Below, one piece after another: positions 1-9,367 of a stretch of DNA of 64,000 bases; the first letter of the stretch is position 1, and every line of letters begins with the position of its first letter. The DNA lies in assembly GCA_018433085.1 (NCBI GenBank), contig JAHDRW010000028.1, positions 4,804 through 68,803 on the forward strand, written 5' to 3'. The position numbers were made by a program, and so were the translations under genes. The notes under the pieces are model-generated. The model was not told the DNA's origin. It did not search any database and saw only the letters and a program-made list of their open reading frames with translations. This DNA is from Deltaproteobacteria bacterium (GTDB lineage Bacteria > Desulfobacterota > Desulfomonilia > UBA1062).

Positions 1-180
1 TAATCTGATATAGATGATGTCATCCGTGTCCATGCCGAACGAGATCTCGGCAAGCACCCATCTTTCCGCTTCGCACTTGGAACCGAATATCACGATCTCG
101 CCGCATGAATCTCTCAGCCAGAAAAATTTTCCCTGTTCCATGTCGTAAGGCTCATATGCCACAGCCCATCGTTCGTACAT
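1..180 (-). CDS. Hypothetical protein, N-terminal part (gene runs off the window edge)
   Basis: Minus-strand ORF starting at ATG 180 (MYERWAVAYEPYDMEQGKFFW...) with strong RBS AAGGAGGGGG 6 nt upstream. No stop before window edge. No recognisable family. Confidence 0.4.
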   Translation of the reverse strand, partial: MYERWAVAYEPYDMEQGKFFWLRDSCGEIVIFGSKCEAERWVLAEISFGMDTDDIIYIRL

Positions 181-373
181 GCCCCCTCCTTACTACGCTG
201 GTCATGGGAGGAGCGCCTCCCCTGACATAATAATTATGCAACAGAAAGCATAAAGTACAGTTTGATACCACCCCTCTCTACAGATGCGGAGAGGTGCGGG
301 ATAAGGTTTTCCCGGTCGATTGACCTGCTCGAGCGTCTGTGGGTCACTGTGAAGGAAAGGACTTGTGTTGTTG

Positions 374-396
374 GTTATATTATGACAAAAATAACA
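374..396 (+). promoter_or_regulatory. Putative ModE-type molybdate-responsive operator upstream of modA
   Basis: GTTATATT-N9-ATAAC dyad (GTTATATTATGACAAAAATAACA) about 30 nt upstream of the modA start. It resembles my recollection of the E. coli modA operator (TTATATT gtcgcctac ATAACG). Confidence 0.45.
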
Positions 397-422
397 TAAT
401 AAAGTTTGGCGGGAGGATGGTT

Positions 423-980
423 ATGAGGATAAAAACATCCTTGTTGATGGTACTAATAGTCCTCTTGTGTCTTCCCGCCACGGCGTCCGAGGGGAAGATC
501 CTTGTCGCGGTGGCGGCTAACTACATGATGCCCTTTGCCGAGATCGTGCTCTTCTCGGGGCAGCATGATTTTTGCAGCCGGTTCACAGACTGGACGGATG
601 CGGTGCAGTCGGACGCGGTCAGGAAGATCGCCATCGCCAAACCCGAAACCGCCCCGTATGGTGCCGCCGCCGTGACCGGTCTGAAAGAGTCGGGCCTGTA
701 CGACACCCTGTATGACAAGTATGTATTTCCCCAGGACATCGGGCAGGCATTTCAGTATGCCACCACAGGCTCTGTCCAGGCCGGGTTCTGCGCCCTCTCG
801 TCGGCCATGACCGATGAGGGGAGGAAGGGCTGCTGCTTCCCTGTGAAGCAGGCACCTCCGGTGACCCAGGCCGCCTGCGTCCTCAAAAGAACGCAAAACC
901 GCGAGGCCGCGAAGAAGTTTGCTGCCTTCCTTCTGACTCAGACCAGTGTCCGGATCAAGGAGAAGTATGGATACCGGTAG
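423..980 (+). CDS. modA: Molybdate/tungstate ABC transporter periplasmic binding protein ModA, apparently degenerate (internal deletion)
   Basis: Signal peptide MRIKTSLLMVLIVLLCLPATA. N- and C-terminal blocks match ModA (KILVAVAAN..., VRKIAIAKPETAPYGAAAVTGL..., AAKKFAAFLLTQ). About 75 aa of the central region are missing and replaced by a non-homologous stretch (LFSGQHDFCSRFTDWTDAVQSD). RBS GGGAGG before ATG 423. Confidence 0.6.
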   Translation: MRIKTSLLMVLIVLLCLPATASEGKILVAVAANYMMPFAEIVLFSGQHDFCSRFTDWTDAVQSDAVRKIAIAKPETAPYGAAAVTGLKESGLYDTLYDKYVFPQDIGQAFQYATTGSVQAGFCALSSAMTDEGRKGCCFPVKQAPPVTQAACVLKRTQNREAAKKFAAFLLTQTSVRIKEKYGYR

Positions 981-1650
981 CATCCTCGGGCCGCTCTGGA
1001 TCTCCTTCAAGCTCGCGACGGCCACCACGGTCGTGCTTCTTGCCGCAGGTGCCTTTCTTGCCTATCTTCTCGTGTACCGGAAGGTGCCGGCCAGACCCGT
1101 GGTGGAGTCCCTCATCAGCGTGCCCATCGTGCTTCCCCCCACGGTGCTGGGCTTTTACCTGCTGATCCTGATGGGTCCGAAGGGGGCTCTCGGCAAAGCG
1201 TGTGAAGGCCTTTTCGAATCATCCCTTCTTTTCACCTTTACGGGCATCGTTATCGCGTCGGTTTTTTATAGCCTGCCCTTTGCGGTACAGCCGCTCAAGA
1301 CCGCCTTTTCCAAGATAGACAGGAGGATTATCGAGAATGCCCATGTCCTGGGCCTATCACCCTTCAAGGCATTTTTCCGCGTGGTCGTGCCCAATTCGGC
1401 CGCCTGCTTTGCAGCCGCCGCGATCCTGGTGTTCCTCCACACCCTGGGCGAATTCGGGGTGATCCTCATGGTGGACGGCAGTATTCCGGGTGAGACAAGA
1501 GTTGCATCGATCGCGATCTTCGAGGCGGTGGAATCGCTCAGGTACCGGGATGCCTGGATACTCTCTCTGATCCTGGCTATGGTGAGCTTTTCGTTCCTTC
1601 TGGCGGTCAACGCACTGAACAAAGGGGAGCATGATGGCCTTAAGGGCTGA
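967..1650 (+). CDS. modB: Molybdate ABC transporter permease ModB
   Basis: MDTGSILGPLWISFKLATATT..., multiple TM helices and the ABC permease EAA-like motif region. Overlaps the modA stop, giving an operon arrangement. Confidence 0.8.
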   Translation: MDTGSILGPLWISFKLATATTVVLLAAGAFLAYLLVYRKVPARPVVESLISVPIVLPPTVLGFYLLILMGPKGALGKACEGLFESSLLFTFTGIVIASVFYSLPFAVQPLKTAFSKIDRRIIENAHVLGLSPFKAFFRVVVPNSAACFAAAAILVFLHTLGEFGVILMVDGSIPGETRVASIAIFEAVESLRYRDAWILSLILAMVSFSFLLAVNALNKGEHDGLKG

Positions 1651-2382
1651 GATCAAGAAGAGGCTGAACCACTTCAACCTGGATGTCTCCCTGGCGTGCG
1701 GCGAGGGGAAAATCGTTTCAGTCGTCGGGCCTTCGGGCTCGGGCAAGACCACAATATTGGGGATCATCGCGGGGCTGGACGCACCGGACGAGGGAATCAT
1801 CACCTGCGGGGAGAGTGTCTGGGTGGACACCGGGCCGGAATCTTCCTGCCGACACAGAAGCGGCGCCTTGCCATGGTTTTTCAGGACTTCGCCCTGTTTC
1901 CCCACTGCAGTGTGTTCAAAAACGTCTGTTTTGCCGCCAGGGACAGGTCCCTGGCCGAGGAACTCATGAAACGATTCGGGATCTGGCACCTGAAAGACAC
2001 CAGGCCACAGTCCATATCAGGGGGCGAGAGGCAGCGCACCGCCATCAGCCAGGCCCTGGCACGTGAGCCCGAGGTGCTCCTCATGGACGAGCCCTTTTCG
2101 GCGCTCGATCCGATCACCCGCAGAAAGCTCCGCATGGCCGTGGCGGATATGAAAGGCGAGCTCCCGGTCCCCATCATCCATGTCACCCATGATATCAGGG
2201 AGGCGCTCTTTCTGGGCGACGAGATCGTCCCGGTCGTCAGCGGGAAGATCTTTCATAAATGGCTTTTGCAGTTCATGCTCACGACACGGGGCGCGGGCAT
2301 ATGTCCGGACCGCACGGACCGGGAGAACCAGGGAGATATCGAACTTGAGATATTTGAAACGCGAAAGGGGTGGATAAGATGA
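1631..2382 (+). pseudogene. modC: Molybdate ABC transporter ATP-binding protein ModC, disrupted by a frameshift near nt 1825-1835
   Basis: Walker A GPSGSGKTT in frame 2 (ORF 1631..1969). Q-loop, signature ISGGERQRTAIS, Walker B LLMDEPFSALD and H-loop VTHD continue in frame 1 (ORF 1696..2382). The frame switch lies in the accgggccgg run between VWVDT and GIFLPTQKRR. Confidence 0.7.
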
Positions 2383-3005
2383 ACATCGGGCCGTATTCGA
2401 TTGAAGACTACATGCATCTGGTAAAGTCGTTCCACGGCAGTATCGCGCCTGGGCTCATGATCGGCGGGTTTATGGTGGACCTCGCCAGGAGTGAGCTGCC
2501 GGACGGCGTGCTGTTCGACGCCATCAGCGAGACGAAAACCTGCCTTCCGGACGCTCTCCAGCTCCTCACGCCCTGCACGATCGGCAACGGCTGGCTCAAG
2601 GTCATGGACTTCGGCCGCTATGCCCTGTGTCTGTATGACAAGTATGAGGGCCAAGGGGTAAGGGTGTTTCTGGACCCGGAAAAACTGGAGTCCTGGCCGG
2701 AGATCAAGATGTGGTTCTTCAAGCTTAAGCCAAAGGCGGAACAGAATTCCAATGCCCTCAGGGACCAGATCATCGAGGCAGGGACCGACATCCTCACGGT
2801 GAAGCACGTCAGGGTGGATGCCGCATCTGTTCAGAAGAAGGGCAAAGGGGCAATCGCAGTCTGCCCGTCATGCAGGGAGGCATATCCCGCAAAGGATGGA
2901 GCGACCTGTCTGGCCTGTCAGGGGAACAGCCCGTACAGCAAGGAGACGCAGGATATGAACCCGGGTCTCAGGATTGTCTCCATGCCGGGGAAAGGCCGTG
3001 ACTAG
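2379..3005 (+). CDS. FmdE/FwdE-family protein (formylmethanofuran dehydrogenase subunit E-like) with C-terminal zinc ribbon
   Basis: FHGSIAPGLMIGGFMVDLA matches the FmdE HGxxxPG motif. C-terminal CPSC...CLAC zinc ribbon. RBS GAAAGGGG 8 nt upstream. Commonly linked to Mo/W cofactor loci. Confidence 0.7.
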   Translation: MNIGPYSIEDYMHLVKSFHGSIAPGLMIGGFMVDLARSELPDGVLFDAISETKTCLPDALQLLTPCTIGNGWLKVMDFGRYALCLYDKYEGQGVRVFLDPEKLESWPEIKMWFFKLKPKAEQNSNALRDQIIEAGTDILTVKHVRVDAASVQKKGKGAIAVCPSCREAYPAKDGATCLACQGNSPYSKETQDMNPGLRIVSMPGKGRD

Positions 3006-3077
3006 AGGCATGTTTGTATGATGGATCTTGAAAGGGACGTCTTTATCACTACTCTCTAGAAATAAGGAGAAGCGGAT

Positions 3078-3290
3078 ATGATGAAGATAAGCGCACGGAA
3101 TGTTTTGAAGGGAAAGGTGAAGAAGGTCACTCCCGGAGCGGTCAATACCGAGGTGGTCGTAGAGCTGCCCGGAGGCGGTCAGATCGTTTCCATCATCACC
3201 AAGGAATCGGCGGAGAACATGCAGATAGCCGAGGGAAAGGATATAGCCGCGGTCATCAAGGCATCGAACGTGATGCTGGCCGTGGATTGA
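3078..3290 (+). CDS. mop: Molbindin (Mop/TOBE domain molybdate-binding protein)
   Basis: 70 aa. MKISARNVLKGKV...SVMLAV is the classic single TOBE/Mop domain. RBS AAGGAG. Confidence 0.8.
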   Translation: MMKISARNVLKGKVKKVTPGAVNTEVVVELPGGGQIVSIITKESAENMQIAEGKDIAAVIKASNVMLAVD

Positions 3291-3293
3291 TAA

Positions 3294-3324
3294 AACCGGC
3301 CCGGAGACGAACCCCGAGCCGGTT
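3294..3324. terminator. Hairpin between convergent mop(+) and 3-hydroxyacyl-CoA dehydrogenase(-), likely a terminator
   Basis: AACCGGC...GCCGGTT stem. T-run on the minus-strand side (TTTTATCAA). Confidence 0.45.
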
Positions 3325-3329
3325 GCGCG

Positions 3330-4469
3330 TCAGATTTCTATCCTGCCTTCCTGGAGCGTCCCGGTGGGCCTGAAGGTTTCGATGCCGAACTTATCGGCGA
3401 GTTCGGTGCACTTGGCGACCAGGGTAGGGTAGCCGATGCTCTTGGCGAGCGTGAAGGGACCGACGCCGCCGCCTCCGTTGGCGATCGCGGTGTCGATGTC
3501 CTTCGGGTCGGTCACCACCCCTTCCTCCAGGAGCTTGGTGGCCTCGTTCGCCTGCAGCGCGATCATGTGCGTGGGGTCATACTCGCCGGTGGGGCTGGAT
3601 ACGTCGATCGCGGGCCTGCCAGCCGACCAGTCGTAAATCCCCCTGCCGGTCTTCTTGCCGAGCCGGCCCTGGTCCACGAGATCCTTCAGGGCCTTTCGCG
3701 GCGCATAGTCCGGGGAGAGGGTTTTGGCGTAGTAGCCTTGCGTGTGCAGCACGATGTCCATGCCCACGTAATCCAGCAGCTCGAACGGGGTCATGGGCAT
3801 TACCGGCTTGAAGGCCGCGTCGAAGTCGTTGGGGCTGGGCGATCCCTTGTCGAGAATGATCTGCAGGAGCAGGGCCGTGGGTGCGTTGACCCGGTTGTAG
3901 ATGAAGCCCGGCGAGTCCTTCTGCACGATCACCGGTACCTTGTTCATCTTTTGCGCCGTCTCATAGGTGGTTTTTATCGCCTCGGGCGAGGACTTTTCCG
4001 TGGAAATCACCTCCACCAGCTTGAGCAGCACGGCCGGGTTGAAGAAGTGCATTCCCACCACACTCTGAGGCCTCTTCGTGGCCGAGGCGATGGCGGTGAT
4101 GCTCATGGACGAGGTGTTGCTCGCGAGCACGGCGTGCCCGGGCGCAAGCGCGTCCAGGTCGGCGAAGAGCCTTTTCTTGATGTCCAGGTCTTCGAACACC
4201 GCCTCGATCACCAGGTCGGCGTCGCCCACCGCCTCCTTGAGGTCGGTGGTGGGCTTGAGGAGGGAAAACATCTCCTTGCCCTGGTCCCCGGTGATCTTGC
4301 CCTTGCCCGCGAATTTGGCCAGACTCTCCTTGATGGTGTTCACGCCCTTGTCCACAAAGCGCTGCTCGATGTCGTGCATGGCCACCGTGTAGCCCGCCAT
4401 GATCCCCGCCTGGGCAATGCCGTTGCCCATGGCGCCCGATCCGATTACTGCTATTTTCTTTACCTCCAT
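3330..4469 (-). CDS. 3-hydroxyacyl-CoA dehydrogenase (3-hydroxybutyryl-CoA dehydrogenase family, with C-terminal extension)
   Basis: N-terminal Rossmann IAVIGSGAMGNGIAQ and HFFNPAVLLKLVEVI motifs. Strong RBS AAGGAGGTGATAC. Confidence 0.85.
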   Translation of the reverse strand: MEVKKIAVIGSGAMGNGIAQAGIMAGYTVAMHDIEQRFVDKGVNTIKESLAKFAGKGKITGDQGKEMFSLLKPTTDLKEAVGDADLVIEAVFEDLDIKKRLFADLDALAPGHAVLASNTSSMSITAIASATKRPQSVVGMHFFNPAVLLKLVEVISTEKSSPEAIKTTYETAQKMNKVPVIVQKDSPGFIYNRVNAPTALLLQIILDKGSPSPNDFDAAFKPVMPMTPFELLDYVGMDIVLHTQGYYAKTLSPDYAPRKALKDLVDQGRLGKKTGRGIYDWSAGRPAIDVSSPTGEYDPTHMIALQANEATKLLEEGVVTDPKDIDTAIANGGGGVGPFTLAKSIGYPTLVAKCTELADKFGIETFRPTGTLQEGRIEI

Positions 4470-4494
4470 GGTATCACCTCCTTACTCATTCATC

Positions 4495-5266
4495 TCACTC
4501 GCCCTTGAACTCGGGCTTCCTTTTCTGCAGAAATGCGGTGAAGCCCTCGACGGCATCCTTTGAGGTCGCGCAGATATTGCTCTGCTCGGCCTCCATCCTG
4601 AGCCCCTCGTCCATGCCCTTATCCAGGTGGGCCTGGACGGAGCAAAGGACGGCCCGCACCGCAAGGGGGGCCTTCTCGGAGAGTTCCATGGCGGTCTCCA
4701 TGACTCTGGGCATGAGCTGATCGGGCGGATAGACCCCGTCCACCAGGCCGATGGCGAGGGCCTCCCCCGGATTCAGGCGCCTGCTGAAGAGCATGAGCTC
4801 CAGGGCCTTCGACCTGCCCAGCAGACGGGTAAGCCGCTGGGTGCCTCCCCAGCCCGGGATGATGCCCAGGTTCAGCTCGGGGCAGCCCATTTTGGCTTTG
4901 TCGTTGGCAGCCATGTACCGGAAATGACACGCCAGGGCCAGCTCGCAGCCCCCGCCCAGGGCATGGCCGTTGATGGCCGCGATAACGGGCTTCTCGAACC
5001 GGTCGACCCTGGTCCACAATGCCCGGCCAACCGCACCCACGTCCGGGTGGCTCACCGCGTCCGACACGTCCATGCCCGCGCAGAACGACTTCTCACCGCT
5101 GCCCGTAATGACCAGCACCCGCACCTCGCTGTCCGAGGCAACCTCGTCGAGCGCACGGGCGATCTCGCCGAGCATGGCATAGCTCACCGCATTGTTTGAC
5201 GGACGGTTCAGGGTCAGTACCGCCACCTTTCCTCTTTTCTCCAATAACAGGGTTTCATAGGCCATA
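4495..5266 (-). CDS. Enoyl-CoA hydratase/isomerase (crotonase family)
   Basis: Crotonase fold motifs (VLTLNRP, ITGSGEKSFCAGMDV, AAINGHALGGGCELALACH). RBS GGAGG before ATG 5266. Confidence 0.85.
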
Positions 5267-5374
5267 AAGGGTCCTCCTTCCGCAGAGAAAATCAGGATCA
5301 CATAACTCATGTTATTTGAATGATTCGAATATACGTGTTTCCTGATCTGGAATCAACGGGTAATTTTTATGATC

Positions 5375-6157
5375 TCACAATGATTCGGGATTCTTCAGGT
5401 TTTTCAGGGAGAAAAAATCCCCGTCAATCTCCACCTCGAACCGGATCGCCTCGTAGGTGATCTCGGTGAATGCTCCATCGTTCCCCGCGGGTGTGATGCG
5501 GATCGTCGAAGGCAGCATTCGGGAGCCCAGCTTCCGGATATCCGAATAGGTCATGGTCCGCACCAAGTTCGCCTTGTCCCCGTAGAATTCGATCTCCAGC
5601 GGAATCAGGTCCGATCGGCGCACCGTTGCGACCACCTTGCTCCATACTGTCTGGGTAGAGGGTTCGGGTACGAGGGTGATCTCGATCACCCCGGTTCTTT
5701 CCCGGGTGCCCGAGAAGGTGATTTCCGCGATATAATCCTCGGAGAGCATGTCTCCCCTCACGGCGTCGTCGTTGGTGAGATGGCTCCCCAGCCACGGCGC
5801 GCCCGCCATGGAAAGCGGGAGCTTGATGACCCGGTCGACATCGGGCAGGTAGCTCCAGATGCTGTTCCCCAGTTTTACGATCGAGTGTCCCTGCTGCCCT
5901 GCCGGTTCCAGGGTCCTCACCAGGGTGTACTTTCTCCCCTTGCTCCATGCCTCGACCATTGTCTCCCGTGCGGAAGGACCGGTGAATACCTTGATTTTCA
6001 TGATCGCATGGCTGGAGCCTCCCCGGTAGAGATCATCGATGCGGCCGGCGATCTCTTGCGGGGACATATCCTGAGCGGACAGGGCCGCCCCGAGGGGAAG
6101 GACGGATATGAAAAGGAAAAAGAGCAGCAGGCAGAGAGCGTACTCCGGCCTTGTCAT
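5375..6157 (-). CDS. Outer-membrane lipoprotein-sorting (LolA-like fold) periplasmic protein
   Basis: Signal peptide. Overall similarity to LolA-like / DUF4292-type proteins often paired with RND/MMPL transporters. RBS GGAGGTGGTG. Confidence 0.5.
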   Translation of the reverse strand: MTRPEYALCLLLFFLFISVLPLGAALSAQDMSPQEIAGRIDDLYRGGSSHAIMKIKVFTGPSARETMVEAWSKGRKYTLVRTLEPAGQQGHSIVKLGNSIWSYLPDVDRVIKLPLSMAGAPWLGSHLTNDDAVRGDMLSEDYIAEITFSGTRERTGVIEITLVPEPSTQTVWSKVVATVRRSDLIPLEIEFYGDKANLVRTMTYSDIRKLGSRMLPSTIRITPAGNDGAFTEITYEAIRFEVEIDGDFFSLKNLKNPESL

Positions 6158-6629
6158 GACACCACCTCCATGCTTCACGATGAAAAAAATGCGGGCTCTG
6201 TCCTGTACTCAGGAAAGAAGCCAAGGCCTCCCGCCGCCGCCCGGTCTTGCTCAAGGCGGGCCGGAGAGGTTTCCAGGTGCGTATTATTCCTGATTGCGGG
6301 TCTGAACATACATTTTGAGACAGTGCCCGAGCAAAAAATAAACTTTTCCCAAGAAATATAATAGACACGAAAGGCTGCATGACAAGCAGCGCGCGAGCAG
6401 CCGCGGAGCAGGATACCTTTCAGGTGGAGGCAGGTCCCCGCCCCGTGCCGGGCGTGCAGCAAAAGGCGCCCCGCGAGACCGGCGGAAACAGGACTCATAT
6501 TCCCGAGCCGGGCTCAGTGCTGGGGACGAAGCCGGGGAAGGACAGACCGTATCCGCCTCATCCATTGACGGGCGTGGTTCCGACGCCCGGGAAGGTGCCG
6601 GCCAGACCCTCATGTTCGAAACAAAGGTG

Positions 6630-7988
6630 TCATTTCAGGAGCGTTCGATAGAGCGCCACGAGCCCGGGATCGGCGTGCTTCTGGAAGATGCCGAAATGGA
6701 AGCTCAGCTGAGACGGTCCCTGGTCAACGATCTCGATGTTGATATTCTCCTGATAGAGCGCGGCCGACGCCCTGGCGAGAACCCCGGGAGTATCCCTCAT
6801 GCCGATACCCACGGGCGAGAGCAGGCACAGATCGTAGCGGATATCCAGAAAGTCAGGCGAAAGGCCCTTTGCGATGGTGTCCTTGAGATCGTCAGCCTTG
6901 TCCATGAGATCGTGCTGATCCACGATCACCGCGATATCGTCCTTGTCGGAAGGGTAGTGGTGCGTATTGATGCCGAAGTCTTTGAAGATATCGAGCAGTT
7001 CCTTGGTGAAGCCGATGGTCTCGCCGATCATGTCCTTTTCGATATATACATAGGCTATGCCGTCCATACGGGCGATGCCCACCGCTGTCTCGCCCGGGAT
7101 GCGCGAGCTCACGATCCTGGTGCCCGGGGCCGCGGGATTGTTGGTGTTGCGGATGTTGATGGGGATGTTCTTGTTCTTGCAGCTCACCATGGCGTCGAAG
7201 TGGAAGACATTGAATCCCCGCGACGAAAGCAGCCTGATCTCCTTGTAGGTCAGCTCCGGGATCACCGAGGCCTCGGTGATGATCCGGGGATCGACCTGGT
7301 AGACCCCGTCCGTGTCGGTCCAGTTTTCATAGCACGAGGCATCCACGGCATAGGCCACCTCGCCGCCCGTGAGGTCCGACCCGCCGCGGGAAAGGACCGC
7401 GATGTCTCCCTTGAGCGTAATACCGTAGTAGCCGGGGATGATATAGACCGGCCCGTCCTTCAGGCATTCCCGCATGCCGGAATGGGCTGCGGGAAGAACC
7501 TTTGCATTGCCGAACCGGTCGGAGACGAGGAAGCCCATGTCCTCGGGCAGCATAAGCTTCACGTCCATGCCCTTGCCCTGGAAATAGCGGGCAATGATCT
7601 TGGCATTGTAGTGCTCGCCGCGGGATGCAAAGAAATCGATCCTCTTCTTGTTGGAGATGTGCGACGCGAGATCCGACTCGAGATCCTCCAGGATATCGTC
7701 GCCTCTGATACCGAGGTCGACAACGAGGGATTTGAACTTGGCCAGCACCCGATCGAAGCTTTCACGTGCCGTGATGTTTTTTCCCCGTGACCCGAAATGG
7801 TGTCCGTGGGTGGCGACATTGAAGAGATGATCGGTAACCTTCTCCGGATCACTCCCGTCCTTGCCGGGCGCCGATACGACGACGAAACGGCGGTTCTCGT
7901 CGGCAGACACGATCCGGCGGACCTTTTCGATCTGGCCGGCGTTGGAAACAGAGCTCCCCCCGAACTTACATACGATCTTCGCGCCCAT
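6630..7988 (-). CDS. Aspartate kinase
   Basis: KFGGSSV kinase N-terminus, amino-acid kinase fold and C-terminal ACT domains. 452 aa. Confidence 0.85.
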   Translation of the reverse strand: MGAKIVCKFGGSSVSNAGQIEKVRRIVSADENRRFVVVSAPGKDGSDPEKVTDHLFNVATHGHHFGSRGKNITARESFDRVLAKFKSLVVDLGIRGDDILEDLESDLASHISNKKRIDFFASRGEHYNAKIIARYFQGKGMDVKLMLPEDMGFLVSDRFGNAKVLPAAHSGMRECLKDGPVYIIPGYYGITLKGDIAVLSRGGSDLTGGEVAYAVDASCYENWTDTDGVYQVDPRIITEASVIPELTYKEIRLLSSRGFNVFHFDAMVSCKNKNIPINIRNTNNPAAPGTRIVSSRIPGETAVGIARMDGIAYVYIEKDMIGETIGFTKELLDIFKDFGINTHHYPSDKDDIAVIVDQHDLMDKADDLKDTIAKGLSPDFLDIRYDLCLLSPVGIGMRDTPGVLARASAALYQENINIEIVDQGPSQLSFHFGIFQKHADPGLVALYRTLLK

Positions 7989-8328
7989 GGACCCAGCCCC
8001 CTTTCATGCTGAAGCTCTTCAGCACACCCTTCTATCCCAACTTCCCGCTCAGGGAAAGAGGCAATCAGAGGCTGGGATTCCGTATGGAGGGAGATGGACG
8101 ACGCGAGTGTCTGACCGGCAATCCCGGTAGCGGGGGCGAGAATATGGAAATGCGTGTGTTTTCTGGAAAAACAACGCGTACTCCAGGATGCCTTATGGAA
8201 ACGATCTGTGGATTCGTATCGTTATCCACGGGGCTTGCAAGGTTGCATTGCCTGTTCGGGGGATATAATATAGCCGGGTGTCAGAAATGCAGAAACCATA
8301 AGAAATGCATGGTCGGGGGAATGTGATT

Positions 8329-9264
8329 ATGTTTGATCAGGTCGTGAATTCCATCAATGCGGTGAGCTGGAACGGGCTGGGCCTTGTCGCGTTTCGTATT
8401 CTGCTCGTGCTCGTCATAGCCCTGGTGGTCTCCAAGGTGCTGGGCCGGTTCATGAATATCCTCAGGCAGAGGCTCGTCAGCGCCGGGTTGTCCAAAGGGG
8501 ATACGGCTACCGAGACCGCAAAGCGCACAGAGACCCTCATCAGGCTCGTCAGGCAGGCCTCGTACATTGTTCTGTGGGTCATGGTGGCCCTGGTCCTGCT
8601 CAAGGAGGTGGGGGTGGAGATCGCACCCATTCTCGCAGGCGCGGGCATCGTGGGACTGGCCGTGGGCTTTGGTGCTCAGAACCTGGTGAGGGACGTGATA
8701 TCGGGTTTTTTCTTCATTCTGGAGGACCAGGTCCGGGTGGGTGATGTGGCGGTGGTCAACGGCACCGGAGGGCTGGTGGAGGAAATAAACTTCCGGACCA
8801 TCATCCTGCGCGACATCTCCGGGGTGGTGCACGTTTTCCCCAACGGGGCCGTGACCACGCTCAGCAACATGACCAAAGACTGGTCTGCCTACCTGTTCGA
8901 TTTCAGCGTTGCCTACAAGGAGGACACGGACAAGGTGGCTCGGGTCATCGAGCAGGTGGGGAGAGAGATGGTCCATGACCCGAAGTTCGGTCCCCTCATG
9001 CTCGAAGTCCCGGAGATCTTCGGGGTAGACGCGTTCGCGGACTCTGCCGTGGTGATCCGGGGGCGCATCAAGACCAGGCCGATTCAGCAGTGGGCCGTGG
9101 GCCGGGAGTTCAACCGCAGGATCAAGTATGCCTTCGATGCAGCAGGAATCGAGATTCCTTTCCCCCACCGGACGGTCTATTTTGGTGACGCGAGCAAGCC
9201 CTTTGACTTGAGGATCACCGAGACTCATCAGGGGGCCGCAGTCGAGGAGGGCCGGAAGGAGTAG
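8329..9264 (+). CDS. Mechanosensitive ion channel (MscS family)
   Basis: TM helices plus MscS beta domain (AGIVGLAVGFGAQNLVRDVISG...VGDVAVV). 311 aa. Confidence 0.8.
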   Translation: MFDQVVNSINAVSWNGLGLVAFRILLVLVIALVVSKVLGRFMNILRQRLVSAGLSKGDTATETAKRTETLIRLVRQASYIVLWVMVALVLLKEVGVEIAPILAGAGIVGLAVGFGAQNLVRDVISGFFFILEDQVRVGDVAVVNGTGGLVEEINFRTIILRDISGVVHVFPNGAVTTLSNMTKDWSAYLFDFSVAYKEDTDKVARVIEQVGREMVHDPKFGPLMLEVPEIFGVDAFADSAVVIRGRIKTRPIQQWAVGREFNRRIKYAFDAAGIEIPFPHRTVYFGDASKPFDLRITETHQGAAVEEGRKE

Positions 9265-9298
9265 GGGACAGCGCAAGTCCCGGTGCGCATGCGTTTTT
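9265..9298 (+). terminator. Putative rho-independent terminator after the MscS gene
   Basis: GGGAC-agcgcaa-GTCCC hairpin and CGCATGCG palindrome, followed by TTTTT. Confidence 0.4.
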
Positions 9299-9367
9299 AG
9301 TCGCCGGGCCTTTTATAAGGGAAAGCAAAGCCCCAATCTTACCAGTTCAGCACTGTTCATAAACCCG

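Noticed and set aside
3567-4508. 313-aa + strand ORF antisense to the 3-hydroxyacyl-CoA dehydrogenase gene
   Set aside because: Arg/Gly/His-rich low-complexity translation typical of antisense frames in high-GC DNA. The opposite strand has unmistakable homology.
6612-7790. 392-aa + strand ORF antisense to aspartate kinase
   Set aside because: Same GC-artefact pattern. No motifs. The aspartate kinase homology on the minus strand is unambiguous.
7989-8300. Possible lysine riboswitch (L-box) in the aspartate kinase leader
   Set aside because: I could not find the conserved L-box cores (GAGGCGC, CCGAAGG, GGAGAGC) in the reverse-complemented leader. Only a small RBS-proximal hairpin is present, which is reported separately.
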